64,000 nt of DNA from Patescibacteria group bacterium (GCA_019750255.1 JAIEOU010000004.1:63116-127115), one strand, 5' to 3'; positions 1 through 9,599 are shown, counted from the stretch's first letter. Numbers and translations are program-made. Notes: generated by a model not told the origin, from the sequence alone.

Positions 1-19
1 TCTACTATTTGCCCGAATC

Positions 20-235
20 ATGCCGTCGGAGTTTCGAGAAACTAAATTTGAAAGTTTTGGTAAGAAATTAGTCCTCGCGGTCGTCGCCACATTACTGGTC
101 ATGGTCTACAGTTTCACCATCTTGCCAGTGGCTGAATTTCTTAACCCTGACACCCCTCTTCAGTCGCTCTTCGGCCAGCAAGATAAGTTTTTCTGGTGGC
201 TCCTCACCCCACTAGTGATTTTGTTCTTTATTTAG
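20..235 (+). CDS. small hypothetical membrane protein (71 aa)
   Basis: ORF with two hydrophobic stretches; no recognisable motif. Confidence 0.3.
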   Translation: MPSEFRETKFESFGKKLVLAVVATLLVMVYSFTILPVAEFLNPDTPLQSLFGQQDKFFWWLLTPLVILFFI

Positions 236-241
236 ACTGTT

Positions 242-925
242 ATGGATATTCCCTTATCCCCACTGCTACTGCTTAGCCTACTTGTTTTTATACTCCATAT
301 CACTGGATACATCGTCTACGCCATAAACACTCTTCGTGAAGACATAAAACCAAACGCCGCGAGCTGGCTTATGTGGATGTTTGGTGGGGTTATTGAATAC
401 GCTACATACGAAGCCATTGATAGCGAAACCTGGTTTAGCTCGAGCCTTCCAATCGCCTGCCTGATTGGCTTAACGATGATTTTCATAGCTACTGTCGTTG
501 TACAGGTTAGACACAGACTTAGTGGAAACGGGAACACCGTAACCTTTCATAAACCACAGACGCTAGATTACGGCCTCATGAGCTTTGACGCTTCAGCAGG
601 GCTTATTTGGTATTTCTTGCATCTACCGACGCTAGCTAATATGCTTGCGGTTAGCTCATCCGTCGTTACGTTTTTCCCTATCTGGAGAACCACCTTGAGA
701 ACCGGACAAGAAAAACCCGCTCCGTGGATTTTTTGGTGCCTCGCCTATCTTGGTATGGCTACAATTGTTTTTTTTGAAGGCGGGCAAGCGATTTTAAATC
801 AGCTATTCTATCCACTTTATTACCTACTACTTCACATTGGAGTTTTAATTTTGTGTTATCCAAGCTGTCGCTCTTGGATTCAAACACAAATTCACAAAAT
901 TTATTTCACTCCCTTACAAACATGA
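242..925 (+). CDS. hypothetical polytopic membrane protein
   Basis: 227-aa ORF with multiple hydrophobic helices; no catalytic motif recognised. Confidence 0.4.
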   Translation: MDIPLSPLLLLSLLVFILHITGYIVYAINTLREDIKPNAASWLMWMFGGVIEYATYEAIDSETWFSSSLPIACLIGLTMIFIATVVVQVRHRLSGNGNTVTFHKPQTLDYGLMSFDASAGLIWYFLHLPTLANMLAVSSSVVTFFPIWRTTLRTGQEKPAPWIFWCLAYLGMATIVFFEGGQAILNQLFYPLYYLLLHIGVLILCYPSCRSWIQTQIHKIYFTPLQT

Positions 926-1509
926 AACCGCTCATAAAAAAAGTTCAGCACTCATATCTACTAGAACTCATACGGGCACTAATTCGTTTTAAGTCTCATG
1001 ATAAAAAGCGCATGCACCTCTACGTTCAAGAACTAGGAATAAAAGGGAAGGGTTTATTCACCAGTGCTGCATTCAAAAAAGGAGAGCTAGTTTTTATAGC
1101 TCCGGGCACCACCCGCGTCGCACATTTTGAGGGGAATGATTGCTACCTCTACCCAGACTGGTACGGTGTTGATGAGCATACTTGGATTGATATAACGTAT
1201 CCTTTTGTAAAAATTAATCACTCCTGCAGCCCCAATACCGGAATTTTTTCTTCTCGATGCTTTGTTGCCCTCCGTGATATTGAAGCAGGCGAAGAGGTAA
1301 CGTTTGACTATTCAACTTCAGACGATGAGAGCGATTGGGTGATGGGGCCGACTGCGTGTGCCTGCGAAGCACAACATTGCCGAGTACATATTGGACCTAT
1401 CCAGACACTACCCCAACCGTACATCGATCAAGTGTACCCATACATACCAAACTATTTTATTAAAAAATACCACTTAAAAGGAAGAGTAGACTCATCTGTA
1501 GACATTTAA
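922..1509 (+). CDS. SET-domain protein (putative protein-lysine methyltransferase)
   Basis: NHSCSPN motif, EEVTFDY motif and post-SET Cys cluster CACEAQHC; start taken at internal ATG 922 (MKPLIKK) to avoid overlap with upstream gene. Confidence 0.7.
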   Translation: MKPLIKKVQHSYLLELIRALIRFKSHDKKRMHLYVQELGIKGKGLFTSAAFKKGELVFIAPGTTRVAHFEGNDCYLYPDWYGVDEHTWIDITYPFVKINHSCSPNTGIFSSRCFVALRDIEAGEEVTFDYSTSDDESDWVMGPTACACEAQHCRVHIGPIQTLPQPYIDQVYPYIPNYFIKKYHLKGRVDSSVDI

Positions 1510-1578
1510 AATTATGCACAAAATAGAGAGACGAACTAAGACTTGTTACCGGGAATGACATATACTCATTACGATACT

Positions 1579-1716
1579 ATGGGCGCAACAATCAGGCTCA
1601 CTCTTGTCGTCCTTTTAATTCTTTCTATAGGGGTGTCCTACTACGTTATGGTAATTAAAAAAGACTATGACATCATCACCAACCCCGACGGACCAATAAC
1701 GAGTGACGAAGCGTAA
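1579..1716 (+). CDS. small single-TM ORF (45 aa)
   Basis: ATG..TAA ORF below the 60-aa track cutoff, hydrophobic core LTLVVLLILSIGVSYYVMV, sits just upstream of the histidine kinase. Confidence 0.25.
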   Translation: MGATIRLTLVVLLILSIGVSYYVMVIKKDYDIITNPDGPITSDEA

Positions 1717-1724
1717 TTTTTTAT

Positions 1725-3407
1725 ATGGATAAAATAATTGATCCATTAATTTGTAATTGGGATACCGCGTCTTACTTAATCTTTTCTGGAAACGTTTTTG
1801 GTGACTTCATTTACTATTCGCACTTATTTCCGGCCATTTCCGTTCTCATACTTGCATCGATTCTTCTTATTCAAAATCCCCGAGAGCTAGCAAATCGTTC
1901 ACTCTTTGTCATTGCCATCATCTTTTCGTGCTGGAGCTTTATAGATCTTGTTCTGTGGGCAACGGAAAGAACTGATTTTACAATGTTCTTTTGGTCAATT
2001 TTGATTTTCTTTGACCTCGGACTGTATATTGCTTCATTTTATTTTATATACACTCTACTCAAAGGCACAATGCCCCCCTGGTTCGTTGACGGTATTTTTT
2101 TTCTTTTATGTCTTCCACTTTTTCTACTCGCCCACACCAAGCTCAATCTAGTTGCATTTGATTTTACCAATTGCTACCGAGAGGCCCTCGAGGGACCGCT
2201 CTGGCAATATTATGTCTACCCAGTAGAAGCCCTTATAGCCATCACTATCTTGATAATGGGGCTTTCCATTGCACTAAAAAAATCTACCACCCGAAGCAGA
2301 ATTGAAGCCACACTTGCCGTATTTGGTACATTTCTCTTCCTCCTCATGTTTTCGGCAGGCAATATTGCTGGCAGTTTAGAAATTGACTGGGAGCTCGGAC
2401 AGTACGGTTTATTTGGTATGCCTATTATGGTGGCGATATTATCCTATCTCGTCGTTAAGTACCAAACATTTCGGGCTAACGTCATGAGCACCGAAGCTTT
2501 AGTAGCGGCAATTGCCGTACTCCTGCTCTCTCTTTTGTTTATCAAGGAGGTTGTAAATATAAGAATCGTTACAGGCCTTACTCTGGTAATGTTCCTGATT
2601 CTAGGAGTCCTGTTGATTCGAAGTGTTCGTAAAGAGATTATTCAGCGTGAAGAAATTCAAAAACTTGCCGCTAATCTTGAGCGTGCCAATCAGCGCCTCA
2701 AGCAGCTCGATACCTTAAAGTCAGAATTCGTCTCTATCGCTTCACATCAGTTGCGGAGTCCTCTCGCAGCAATGATGGGGTACGCGTCTATGCTCCGTGA
2801 TGGTAGTTATGGCAAGCTGCCGGTAAAAGCTCAAGAAGCAGCTACAAGAATTGAGGAGTCGACCCGTTTGATGGCTCAATCAGTTGAAGACTACCTAAAC
2901 GTTTCCCGCATCGAAGCCGGGCACATGAAGTACAACCTCACCGATTTCTCATTAATTGAACAAGCCGAACACATTACTGACGACATGCGCCCGATTGGTC
3001 TCAAGAAGGGCGTTGTGACGCTTTTCCGCACCAGTGTAGCTTCAAAAGGGCTCGTACATGCCGACAAGGGCAAGACTGAGCAGATCATTCATAACCTGAT
3101 TAATAACTCTCTCAAATACACCCCGCAAGGGACCATCACAGTGATAGTGCGCGACGACATACAGAAAAAGCGTGTTTATCTCGATGTGCTCGATACTGGT
3201 ATTGGTATGAATCAACAGACCCTGCACTCTATCTTTACCAAGTTTGAGCGCGGTAGCAATGCGAACACCACGAACATTCACGGCACAGGCCTCGGTCTCT
3301 TTACCGCTTTAAAACTGGCCGAAGCCATGGGCGGCACCATTACTGCCCGATCTGAAGGGGAAGGGAAAGGTTCCTGCTTTTCGTTCGAGCTCCCACTAGT
3401 CGGCTAA
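1725..3407 (+). CDS. sensor histidine kinase with N-terminal multi-TM sensor domain
   Basis: H-box FVSIASHQLRSPL, coiled-coil linker, HATPase G-boxes DTGIGM and GTGLGL. Confidence 0.85.
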   Translation: MDKIIDPLICNWDTASYLIFSGNVFGDFIYYSHLFPAISVLILASILLIQNPRELANRSLFVIAIIFSCWSFIDLVLWATERTDFTMFFWSILIFFDLGLYIASFYFIYTLLKGTMPPWFVDGIFFLLCLPLFLLAHTKLNLVAFDFTNCYREALEGPLWQYYVYPVEALIAITILIMGLSIALKKSTTRSRIEATLAVFGTFLFLLMFSAGNIAGSLEIDWELGQYGLFGMPIMVAILSYLVVKYQTFRANVMSTEALVAAIAVLLLSLLFIKEVVNIRIVTGLTLVMFLILGVLLIRSVRKEIIQREEIQKLAANLERANQRLKQLDTLKSEFVSIASHQLRSPLAAMMGYASMLRDGSYGKLPVKAQEAATRIEESTRLMAQSVEDYLNVSRIEAGHMKYNLTDFSLIEQAEHITDDMRPIGLKKGVVTLFRTSVASKGLVHADKGKTEQIIHNLINNSLKYTPQGTITVIVRDDIQKKRVYLDVLDTGIGMNQQTLHSIFTKFERGSNANTTNIHGTGLGLFTALKLAEAMGGTITARSEGEGKGSCFSFELPLVG

Positions 3408-3463
3408 CCCCCTACTACTCAGCTGAGTAGTAGGGGACCTGATACCAAACGTAATTAATCTTC

Positions 3464-3477
3464 CTATCACATGTGAT
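3464..3477. promoter_or_regulatory. perfect 14-bp palindrome tatcacatgtgata upstream of trpS (candidate operator)
   Basis: seen directly in sequence about 50 bp upstream of the trpS start. Confidence 0.3.
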
Positions 3478-3528
3478 AGCGGGACGATGTAGTCGCACGA
3501 GTAGGCGATATCTGTTAAAATTGCCCAC

Positions 3529-4503
3529 ATGTCAGACTCTACAAAACAGCGCGTTCTCACGGGCCTTCAGCCTTCCGGCACTCTCCATATTGGTAACTAC
3601 TTTGGTGCCTTAGCACCCCTGCTTGCACTCACAAAAGAACATGATGACGTGTTTCTCATGGTCGCCGACTACCATGCCCTTACCACTGTCCGCGATGGCG
3701 TACAACTCCGCGAGCATATTATGAATATCGTACGCGACTACTTGGCAGCCGGCATCGACCCAAACCGTCGTGTCACGCTTTTCCGCCAGAGCGATAATCC
3801 CGACCACATGGAACTCGCGTGGGTACTTAACTGCATGGTGACGGTACCATTTCTGATGCAAGCACATTCATACAAGGACAAGGTAGCCAAGGGCCTTGAA
3901 GCCAACGCCGGACTGTTTACCTACCCGATGCTTATGGCGGCCGATATTGCGCTGTATGATACTGATCTTGTGCCGGTAGGGGAGGACCAGCGACAACACC
4001 TTGAATACACTCGTGAAGCGATAGCAAAATTTAATAATGCCTACGGGGAAGTACTGAAAGAACCGAAGGAGTTAATCCAAAAAACCGTCGGGGTGGTGCC
4101 GGGTACTGACGGTCAAAAGATGAGCAAGAGCTACAAAAATACCATTCCATTATTTGGTACTCGAGAAGAAATTGAAAAAGCGGTCCTCAGTATTGTTACC
4201 GACTCTTCCGGCGAACGCCCCGAACATGTCTACGCGATTCATAAGGTCGTTTACGAACACACCGGGAAAGACCTGTCTTCGCTTGATGCTCTCTACGAAG
4301 AACACAAAGGTAAGTACAAGGCACTTAAAGACGCCCTAACAGAAGACCTCGACGCCTTTGTTGCACCAATGCGCGACAAGCGAGCCAGTATTAGCGACGA
4401 GTACATTCTTGAAGTCTTAGCTACTGGCGCTGCCAAAGCCCGCGCCGCCTCCGCCTCGACCATGTCCCGCGTCAGGACGGCAATTGGTATTTCTTTGCCA
4501 TAG
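3529..4503 (+). CDS. trpS: tryptophanyl-tRNA synthetase
   Basis: class I motifs PSGTLHIGNY (HIGH) and KMSKS; length 324 aa. Confidence 0.9.
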   Translation: MSDSTKQRVLTGLQPSGTLHIGNYFGALAPLLALTKEHDDVFLMVADYHALTTVRDGVQLREHIMNIVRDYLAAGIDPNRRVTLFRQSDNPDHMELAWVLNCMVTVPFLMQAHSYKDKVAKGLEANAGLFTYPMLMAADIALYDTDLVPVGEDQRQHLEYTREAIAKFNNAYGEVLKEPKELIQKTVGVVPGTDGQKMSKSYKNTIPLFGTREEIEKAVLSIVTDSSGERPEHVYAIHKVVYEHTGKDLSSLDALYEEHKGKYKALKDALTEDLDAFVAPMRDKRASISDEYILEVLATGAAKARAASASTMSRVRTAIGISLP

Positions 4504-4509
4504 GTTGCC

Positions 4510-4745
4510 ACTCCTTCTTTATTCCGGTAGAGTGTAGTAACGCCAACGAAGCGGCTGACACCGCTGAGGTGGGGGAGGAACGTTTATCCTAGGACCGGCC
4601 TAGGATTTGCCAGTAGAACCCCCCGGGTGCGCCCGATATTGCGCATAACGAGATTCAAGTAGGGTGGTACCGCGTCTTAGCATCTTTATGATGTAGTCGC
4701 CCCTGCAGCTATATTATTAACGTAATGTAACTGGAGGGGCGTTTT
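4510..4745 (+). promoter_or_regulatory. T-box riboswitch leader of aspS
   Basis: T-box core AGGGTGGTACCGCG at 4661-4674; candidate specifier loop GCGG-CUGACA-CCGC with GAC (Asp) at 4557-4559; followed by terminator hairpin. Confidence 0.6.
4699..4745 (+). terminator. T-box attenuator terminator
   Basis: stem GCCCCTGCAG / CTGGAGGGGC followed by GTTTT; 5-prime arm CCCU complements AGGG of the T-box. Confidence 0.55.
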
Positions 4746-4893
4746 ACGTACTCTCCAAAGCTTGTTTAAAATCGATGAGTTACGAGGCGTTCGAGCGAGG
4801 ACGTACGAGGTGTACTTTTACGTACAGTGAGTGTGTCCGAGCGATGAACAACGAAGTAAATCGCGATTTTTAGCAAGCGCCTCCCAAACAAAT

Positions 4894-6246
4894 ATGGAAA
4901 GAACATTGATTAAAGACCTTGCAGCAAAGGTAGGTGAGACGGTAACTATTAACGGCTGGGTTGATGTTACCCGCGTCCAGGGCAAGGTAGCGTTCTTTGA
5001 CGTCCGCGACCGCACGAGCTTTGTGCAAGGCGTAGTCTTTGGCAAGCCAGAAGTTCTTGAAGTTGCCACAGCGCTGAAGCCCGAGTACGTGGTAGCCGTG
5101 ACTGGTGTGGTACAGAAGCGCCAAGAAAAATCCATCAACGATAAAGTTGAAAATGGCGACATTGAACTCGAGGTAACGAGTATCGAAGTGTTGAATGAAG
5201 CGCAGCCACTCCCGTTTGCGAGCGATGCCGAGATTAACCTCGATACTCTCCTTGATAACCGACCAATTACCCTCCGCCGCAAACACGAGCGCGCTATCTT
5301 TAAAGTGCAGCACGAAATTCTCGTAGCGTACCGCACCCACCTCGTCTCCCAAGGCTTTACCGAATTTCAGGCACCAAAACTGGTCGGTGGTGACGCCGAA
5401 GGTGGGGCAGAGGTGTTTAAGGTAAAGTACTTCAAGGGCGTAGAAGCGAGTCTCGCGACCAGCCCCCAGCTCTATAAGCAAATCATGGCCGGGGTGTTTG
5501 AACGTGTGTTTGCGGTTGGTCCCACCTTCCGTGCTGAAAAGAGCGCTACCTCACGCCACCTCTCCGAGATCTCCATGATGGACCTGGAGATGGCGTTTAT
5601 TAAGGACCACACCGACGTGATTACGCTCGTTACTGGTCTTATTCGCGCCATTGTCGAACACGTTAACACCACCTGCGCCAAGGAACTCGAATATCTTGGT
5701 CAGCCGCTCGCACTAGCGCCAAAAACCTTCCCGGTCATGACCCTGCGTGAGGGACTAGAAATTATTAAAAAGGAGACCGGGGTTGACAAGACCGGCGAAC
5801 CCGACCTCGAACCAGAAGACGAGCGCTTCTTGTGCGAATACGCCAATAAGCACATGGGTTCAGACTTCGTATTTGTCACCCACTACCCAACGAGTAAGCG
5901 ACCGTTTTATACCCACATCGACCCAGAGCAGCCAGAGCTCACTCGCAGCTTTGACCTCCTCTTCCGTGGCCTTGAAATGTGTTCGGGTGGCCAGCGTGTT
6001 CATAAGTACGACGAGCTCGTCAGCCGAATCGAGAAGAAGGGTCTTGATCCAGAACGTTTCCAGTTCTACCTCCAAGCCTTCAAGCATGGCATTCCACCAC
6101 ACGGCGGTATCGGTATGGGACTTGAGCGTCTCACCGCTAAATTCTGTGGGGTAGCGAACGTAAAAGAAGCTACTCTCTTCCCGCGCGACATCAACCGCAT
6201 CGACACACTGACGAGTAAAGAGTCGAGTGACGAGGCGGAGTTATAA
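4894..6246 (+). CDS. aspS: aspartyl-tRNA synthetase (short archaeal/eukaryal-type, probably non-discriminating)
   Basis: class II aaRS motifs (FRAE, GGIGMGLERL), N-terminal OB fold, 450 aa; start at ATG 4894 (MERTLIKDL). Confidence 0.9.
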   Translation: MERTLIKDLAAKVGETVTINGWVDVTRVQGKVAFFDVRDRTSFVQGVVFGKPEVLEVATALKPEYVVAVTGVVQKRQEKSINDKVENGDIELEVTSIEVLNEAQPLPFASDAEINLDTLLDNRPITLRRKHERAIFKVQHEILVAYRTHLVSQGFTEFQAPKLVGGDAEGGAEVFKVKYFKGVEASLATSPQLYKQIMAGVFERVFAVGPTFRAEKSATSRHLSEISMMDLEMAFIKDHTDVITLVTGLIRAIVEHVNTTCAKELEYLGQPLALAPKTFPVMTLREGLEIIKKETGVDKTGEPDLEPEDERFLCEYANKHMGSDFVFVTHYPTSKRPFYTHIDPEQPELTRSFDLLFRGLEMCSGGQRVHKYDELVSRIEKKGLDPERFQFYLQAFKHGIPPHGGIGMGLERLTAKFCGVANVKEATLFPRDINRIDTLTSKESSDEAEL

Positions 6247-6267
6247 ACAGAACCAAACCTTCAGTCT

Positions 6268-6345
6268 TTGCGAGCGTAGCGAAGCAATCCAGAGTACAAT
6301 AACGTTACTCTAGATTGCTTCGGCAAAGCCTCGCAAAGACGGACA
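6268..6345. repeat. REP-like inverted pair of a ~35-bp element (gattgcttcg...cgcaaagac)
   Basis: two inverted imperfect copies here; related copies at 21001-21037 and 26668-26705. Confidence 0.4.
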
Positions 6346-6352
6346 AAGTTTT

Positions 6353-6391
6353 AAACCACAGCGTGGTCCCTTTGGGACCACGCTGTGGTTT
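6353..6391. terminator. strong 18-bp stem hairpin (putative bidirectional terminator)
   Basis: aaaccacagcgtggtccc ttt gggaccacgctgtggttt; weak U-tracts on both strands. Confidence 0.4.
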
Positions 6392-6465
6392 AAAAATAAA
6401 TAAGAATCGCCCGCGAGGAGCGATTCCCAGCGGGCTTTCTTTGTGGATGAAGTAGCGGCAACATT

Positions 6466-6663
6466 TCAGTCCACCACGGATTCTGAACTATTGAAGTAGA
6501 ACTTGTAGTCTTCCTGCTCTCGAGCCAGTCCAGCCCAAATGAACCAGCACGGGGCTTGCCAGAGCCTGACCATGCCGCGCCTTGTCGACATAACCACGCC
6601 CTCGAAAATCGTACCATTCATCTTCCAATACACTCTTGCTCCCACCTTGGGCAGGTGATTCAT
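6466..6663 (-). CDS. small hypothetical protein
   Basis: ORF only; start chosen at MMNHL to avoid overlap with pepA. Confidence 0.25.
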   Translation of the reverse strand: MNHLPKVGARVYWKMNGTIFEGVVMSTRRGMVRLWQAPCWFIWAGLAREQEDYKFYFNSSESVVD

Positions 6664-6789
6664 CATTTCGTCAGCTGATTGTGCGGTCACTTTGAACTCC
6701 TGTGTTTGTTTATGCCTGGCTAATAATGCCACATAAGAGTACGATTCGAAAATAGCGACCACTATACTTTCTGCTATACTGCCCACCAT

Positions 6790-8220
6790 ATGGTAACTAT
6801 CACTGCAAAGAAGCACGGTCTACAGGAAGCGCCCACAGACTACTGCAGGCTTATCCTCACCGAAGAGCCTGCGTCGACCCACCGCTTCGTAGAAACAACC
6901 ACAGGCTCACTCGAGTATCGCCTGGGGGTAGGGAAGTACAGCGATGTAACCATGCGTACCTTCCGCACCCTCATTCGTAATGTGGTACAGATTGCCAAGA
7001 ATCACCAAATAGAAAAACTGGCCGTCGAACTACCACAAGCACAATTCCCACAGCTCGCGAGCGAACCGGCACATTGGTATACTTCTACCATTGCAGAAAA
7101 CGCCCTGCTCGCCGCGTACGAATACAACCGCTATAAAACCAAGAAGGACAAAAAGAAAAAGTTTACCGAGCTCCTTCTCTGTGGCGTGGATACGAAGGAA
7201 GAAATTTCCGGTGCAGCCCGGGGTAAAACGGTTGCGGAATTTACTAACGCCATCCGTGATCTTGCGAACACTCCCGGCAACGACCTTTCCCCAAGCCAGT
7301 TTGGTGAGGCGGCCAAGAAGCTACTTAAAATCAAAGGAGTGACCGTTACCGTCCGCGGGGAGAAAGAACTAAAGAAACTTAAGATGGGACTACATCTCGC
7401 TGTAGGAGCCGGAACCAAAAGCGAGAGTAAACTGATCGTTGCTGAATACTGGGGAGCAGGCAAACCTAGTGGAAAGAAAACCGCTGGGGACAAACAACCG
7501 ATTATTCTGATCGGTAAAGGCATAACCTTTGATAGCGGGGGACTTAATGTAAAGCCAGGCGGCAGCATGCATGACATGCATATGGACATGGCAGGCGGCG
7601 CGTCAGTGCTCGGGGCGCTCGGAGCAGCCGCAACTTTGGGACTGAAGAAAAATATCATCGCGATTGTTCCTGCGGCAGAAAATGCCATCTCGGATGATTC
7701 AATGCGGGCCGGTGATATCGTCACTGCCATGAACGGACTCACGGTTGAAGTAATGCACACCGATGCTGAGGGGCGCATGGTCCTCGCAGATGCCCTGACT
7801 TTTAGCCAGCGCTATTCACCTCGAGCCATCATTGACGTAGCCACACTCACAGGGGCGGCGCTCGTAGCCCTTGGTACCCAAGCCAGTGCCCTCTTAACCA
7901 AAGACAAGAACCTTTCTGACCGCCTCATGGACCTCAGTGAACGGTCTGGTGATCTTATCTGGCCACTCCCGCTATGGGACGAGTATAAACAGTACCTCAA
8001 GAGCTCCCGCGCTGACCTCACGAACGTTGATCCTACCTTTGCGCGTTCTCACGGATGCATCGAAGGCGGTATCTTCTTGTCGTACTTTGCTCCAAAGGGC
8101 GTACCTTTTGCGCACCTCGATATCGCACCACGTATGGAGTCAGTGAGCGCTGACAAACTCGCCAAGGGCGCTACCGGTGAACCAGTGCGCCTCCTTGTCT
8201 CCTTCCTCGAGACGTACTAG
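6790..8220 (+). CDS. pepA: leucyl aminopeptidase (M17)
   Basis: NTDAEGR signature (HTDAEGRMVLADAL), GITFDSGG. Confidence 0.85.
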   Translation: MVTITAKKHGLQEAPTDYCRLILTEEPASTHRFVETTTGSLEYRLGVGKYSDVTMRTFRTLIRNVVQIAKNHQIEKLAVELPQAQFPQLASEPAHWYTSTIAENALLAAYEYNRYKTKKDKKKKFTELLLCGVDTKEEISGAARGKTVAEFTNAIRDLANTPGNDLSPSQFGEAAKKLLKIKGVTVTVRGEKELKKLKMGLHLAVGAGTKSESKLIVAEYWGAGKPSGKKTAGDKQPIILIGKGITFDSGGLNVKPGGSMHDMHMDMAGGASVLGALGAAATLGLKKNIIAIVPAAENAISDDSMRAGDIVTAMNGLTVEVMHTDAEGRMVLADALTFSQRYSPRAIIDVATLTGAALVALGTQASALLTKDKNLSDRLMDLSERSGDLIWPLPLWDEYKQYLKSSRADLTNVDPTFARSHGCIEGGIFLSYFAPKGVPFAHLDIAPRMESVSADKLAKGATGEPVRLLVSFLETY

Positions 8221-8249
8221 GAATGAGCTGCGTGCTATCATAACCGCAT

Positions 8250-8999
8250 ATGCAGCGCGAGCACACGCGACCTCAGCTGGATTTTTCCATCAAAACCGAA
8301 GTCTTTGAAGGGCCTTTAGAGTTGCTCATAGAACTGGTAGAGCGGCGAAAGCTCCTCATTAACGACATAAGCCTCGCCACCGTCACCGATGAGTACTTAA
8401 AGAAGGTAAGTGAAATGCAAGAACGCTCACTTCCGCACACGGCTCTCTTCATCACCTTGGCAGCAACGCTCTTACTTATCAAATCGAAGTCGCTGTTGCC
8501 CGTCCTCGAGCTAAGCGGGGAAGAGGAGGCCATTATTGAAGACCTGGAGGAACGCTTGAAGCGCTACCAAATTTTCCGTGATGTCGCCAAGGATCTGGTA
8601 ACCATATTTGGTAAAACCACCCTCTACGAACCTGAATTTACTCCGCCACGTGAACCGATTTTCCACCCCACGCGCGAGTGCGCACTCTCTGAACTTACCA
8701 CCGCCATAGGTGAAGTACTTACAAACCTTCCAAAGCCCGAAATCAAACATACCGCACACGTTCGCCCCACTATTACGCTGGAAGAAATGATTTCGCGGGT
8801 CCAGTCCCACATCGAGCAAAAAATCCGCACGAGCTTTGCGGCTATTACACAGGGCGAGGTGGAACGAAAGACTTTAATTGTAGGGTTTTTAGCGATACTC
8901 GAACTCTTCAAACAAGGTGGAGTCATCGTTACTCAAAGCGGGCGTTTTGCCGACATTGAGATTGAGCGTGAACACAGCGATACGCCAAAGTACTATTAG
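8250..8999 (+). CDS. scpA: segregation and condensation protein A
   Basis: ScpA N-terminal region LELLIELVERRKLLINDISLATVTDEYL; followed by scpB. Confidence 0.8.
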   Translation: MQREHTRPQLDFSIKTEVFEGPLELLIELVERRKLLINDISLATVTDEYLKKVSEMQERSLPHTALFITLAATLLLIKSKSLLPVLELSGEEEAIIEDLEERLKRYQIFRDVAKDLVTIFGKTTLYEPEFTPPREPIFHPTRECALSELTTAIGEVLTNLPKPEIKHTAHVRPTITLEEMISRVQSHIEQKIRTSFAAITQGEVERKTLIVGFLAILELFKQGGVIVTQSGRFADIEIEREHSDTPKYY

Positions 9000-9058
9000 T
9001 ACCCAGCAAGGCATCTCCCTGGCCTTAATATACGGTCTTTTGTGGTACCATACGTGAG

Positions 9059-9595
9059 ATGTCACCCGATATTCAAATCGAGGGTTTGCTTTTTTATAAG
9101 TCGACCACCCTAAAAAAACAAGCTATTATGGCCACCCTGGGTTTGAGCGGGGAGGTATTTGATGAGGCGTTGACGCGTTTACGTGAACGTCTTTTACTTG
9201 GCGCAACCCGTCTGGTTGAGACCGATACTGAGATTGGACTCATGACCGCACCTGAGCTCGCACCACTAATAGAAACGGTGCGCAGGGAAGAGCTGCGGGG
9301 CGATATCGGCAAGGCCGGTATCGAGACCCTCGCCATTATTCTTTATCGTGAGCCGGTCACGCGTGCAGAAATAGATCGTATCCGCGGCGTCAATTCTTCA
9401 TTTTCCCTACGAGCCCTGCTCATGCGCGGCCTCATCGAGCGTAAACCGGGTAGCGGCGGAGCTCACGTATTTTTCACCACCCCGGCCCTTTTGGCACACC
9501 TTGGGGTCAGCCATAAATACGAACTGCCTAATTTTTCTACCATCATGACCGCCCTTGAACAGTTTGAAGCCACCCCTGAAGTAGCAACATCATAG
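9059..9595 (+). CDS. scpB: segregation and condensation protein B
   Basis: ScpB winged-helix motifs IEGLLFY... and ETLAIILYREPVTRAEIDRIRGV. Confidence 0.8.
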   Translation: MSPDIQIEGLLFYKSTTLKKQAIMATLGLSGEVFDEALTRLRERLLLGATRLVETDTEIGLMTAPELAPLIETVRREELRGDIGKAGIETLAIILYREPVTRAEIDRIRGVNSSFSLRALLMRGLIERKPGSGGAHVFFTTPALLAHLGVSHKYELPNFSTIMTALEQFEATPEVATS

Positions 9596-9599
9596 TAAT

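Noticed and set aside
7131-7778. Long antisense ORFs inside pepA and similar ones inside aspS (4818-5336, 4870-5481), ftsW (12103-12483, 12400-12687), ctpA (30756-31421) and cysS (32106-32687)
   Set aside because: They lie wholly within well-supported genes on the opposite strand or in an alternate frame. They have low-complexity Ser/Arg/Pro-rich translations typical of spurious ORFs.
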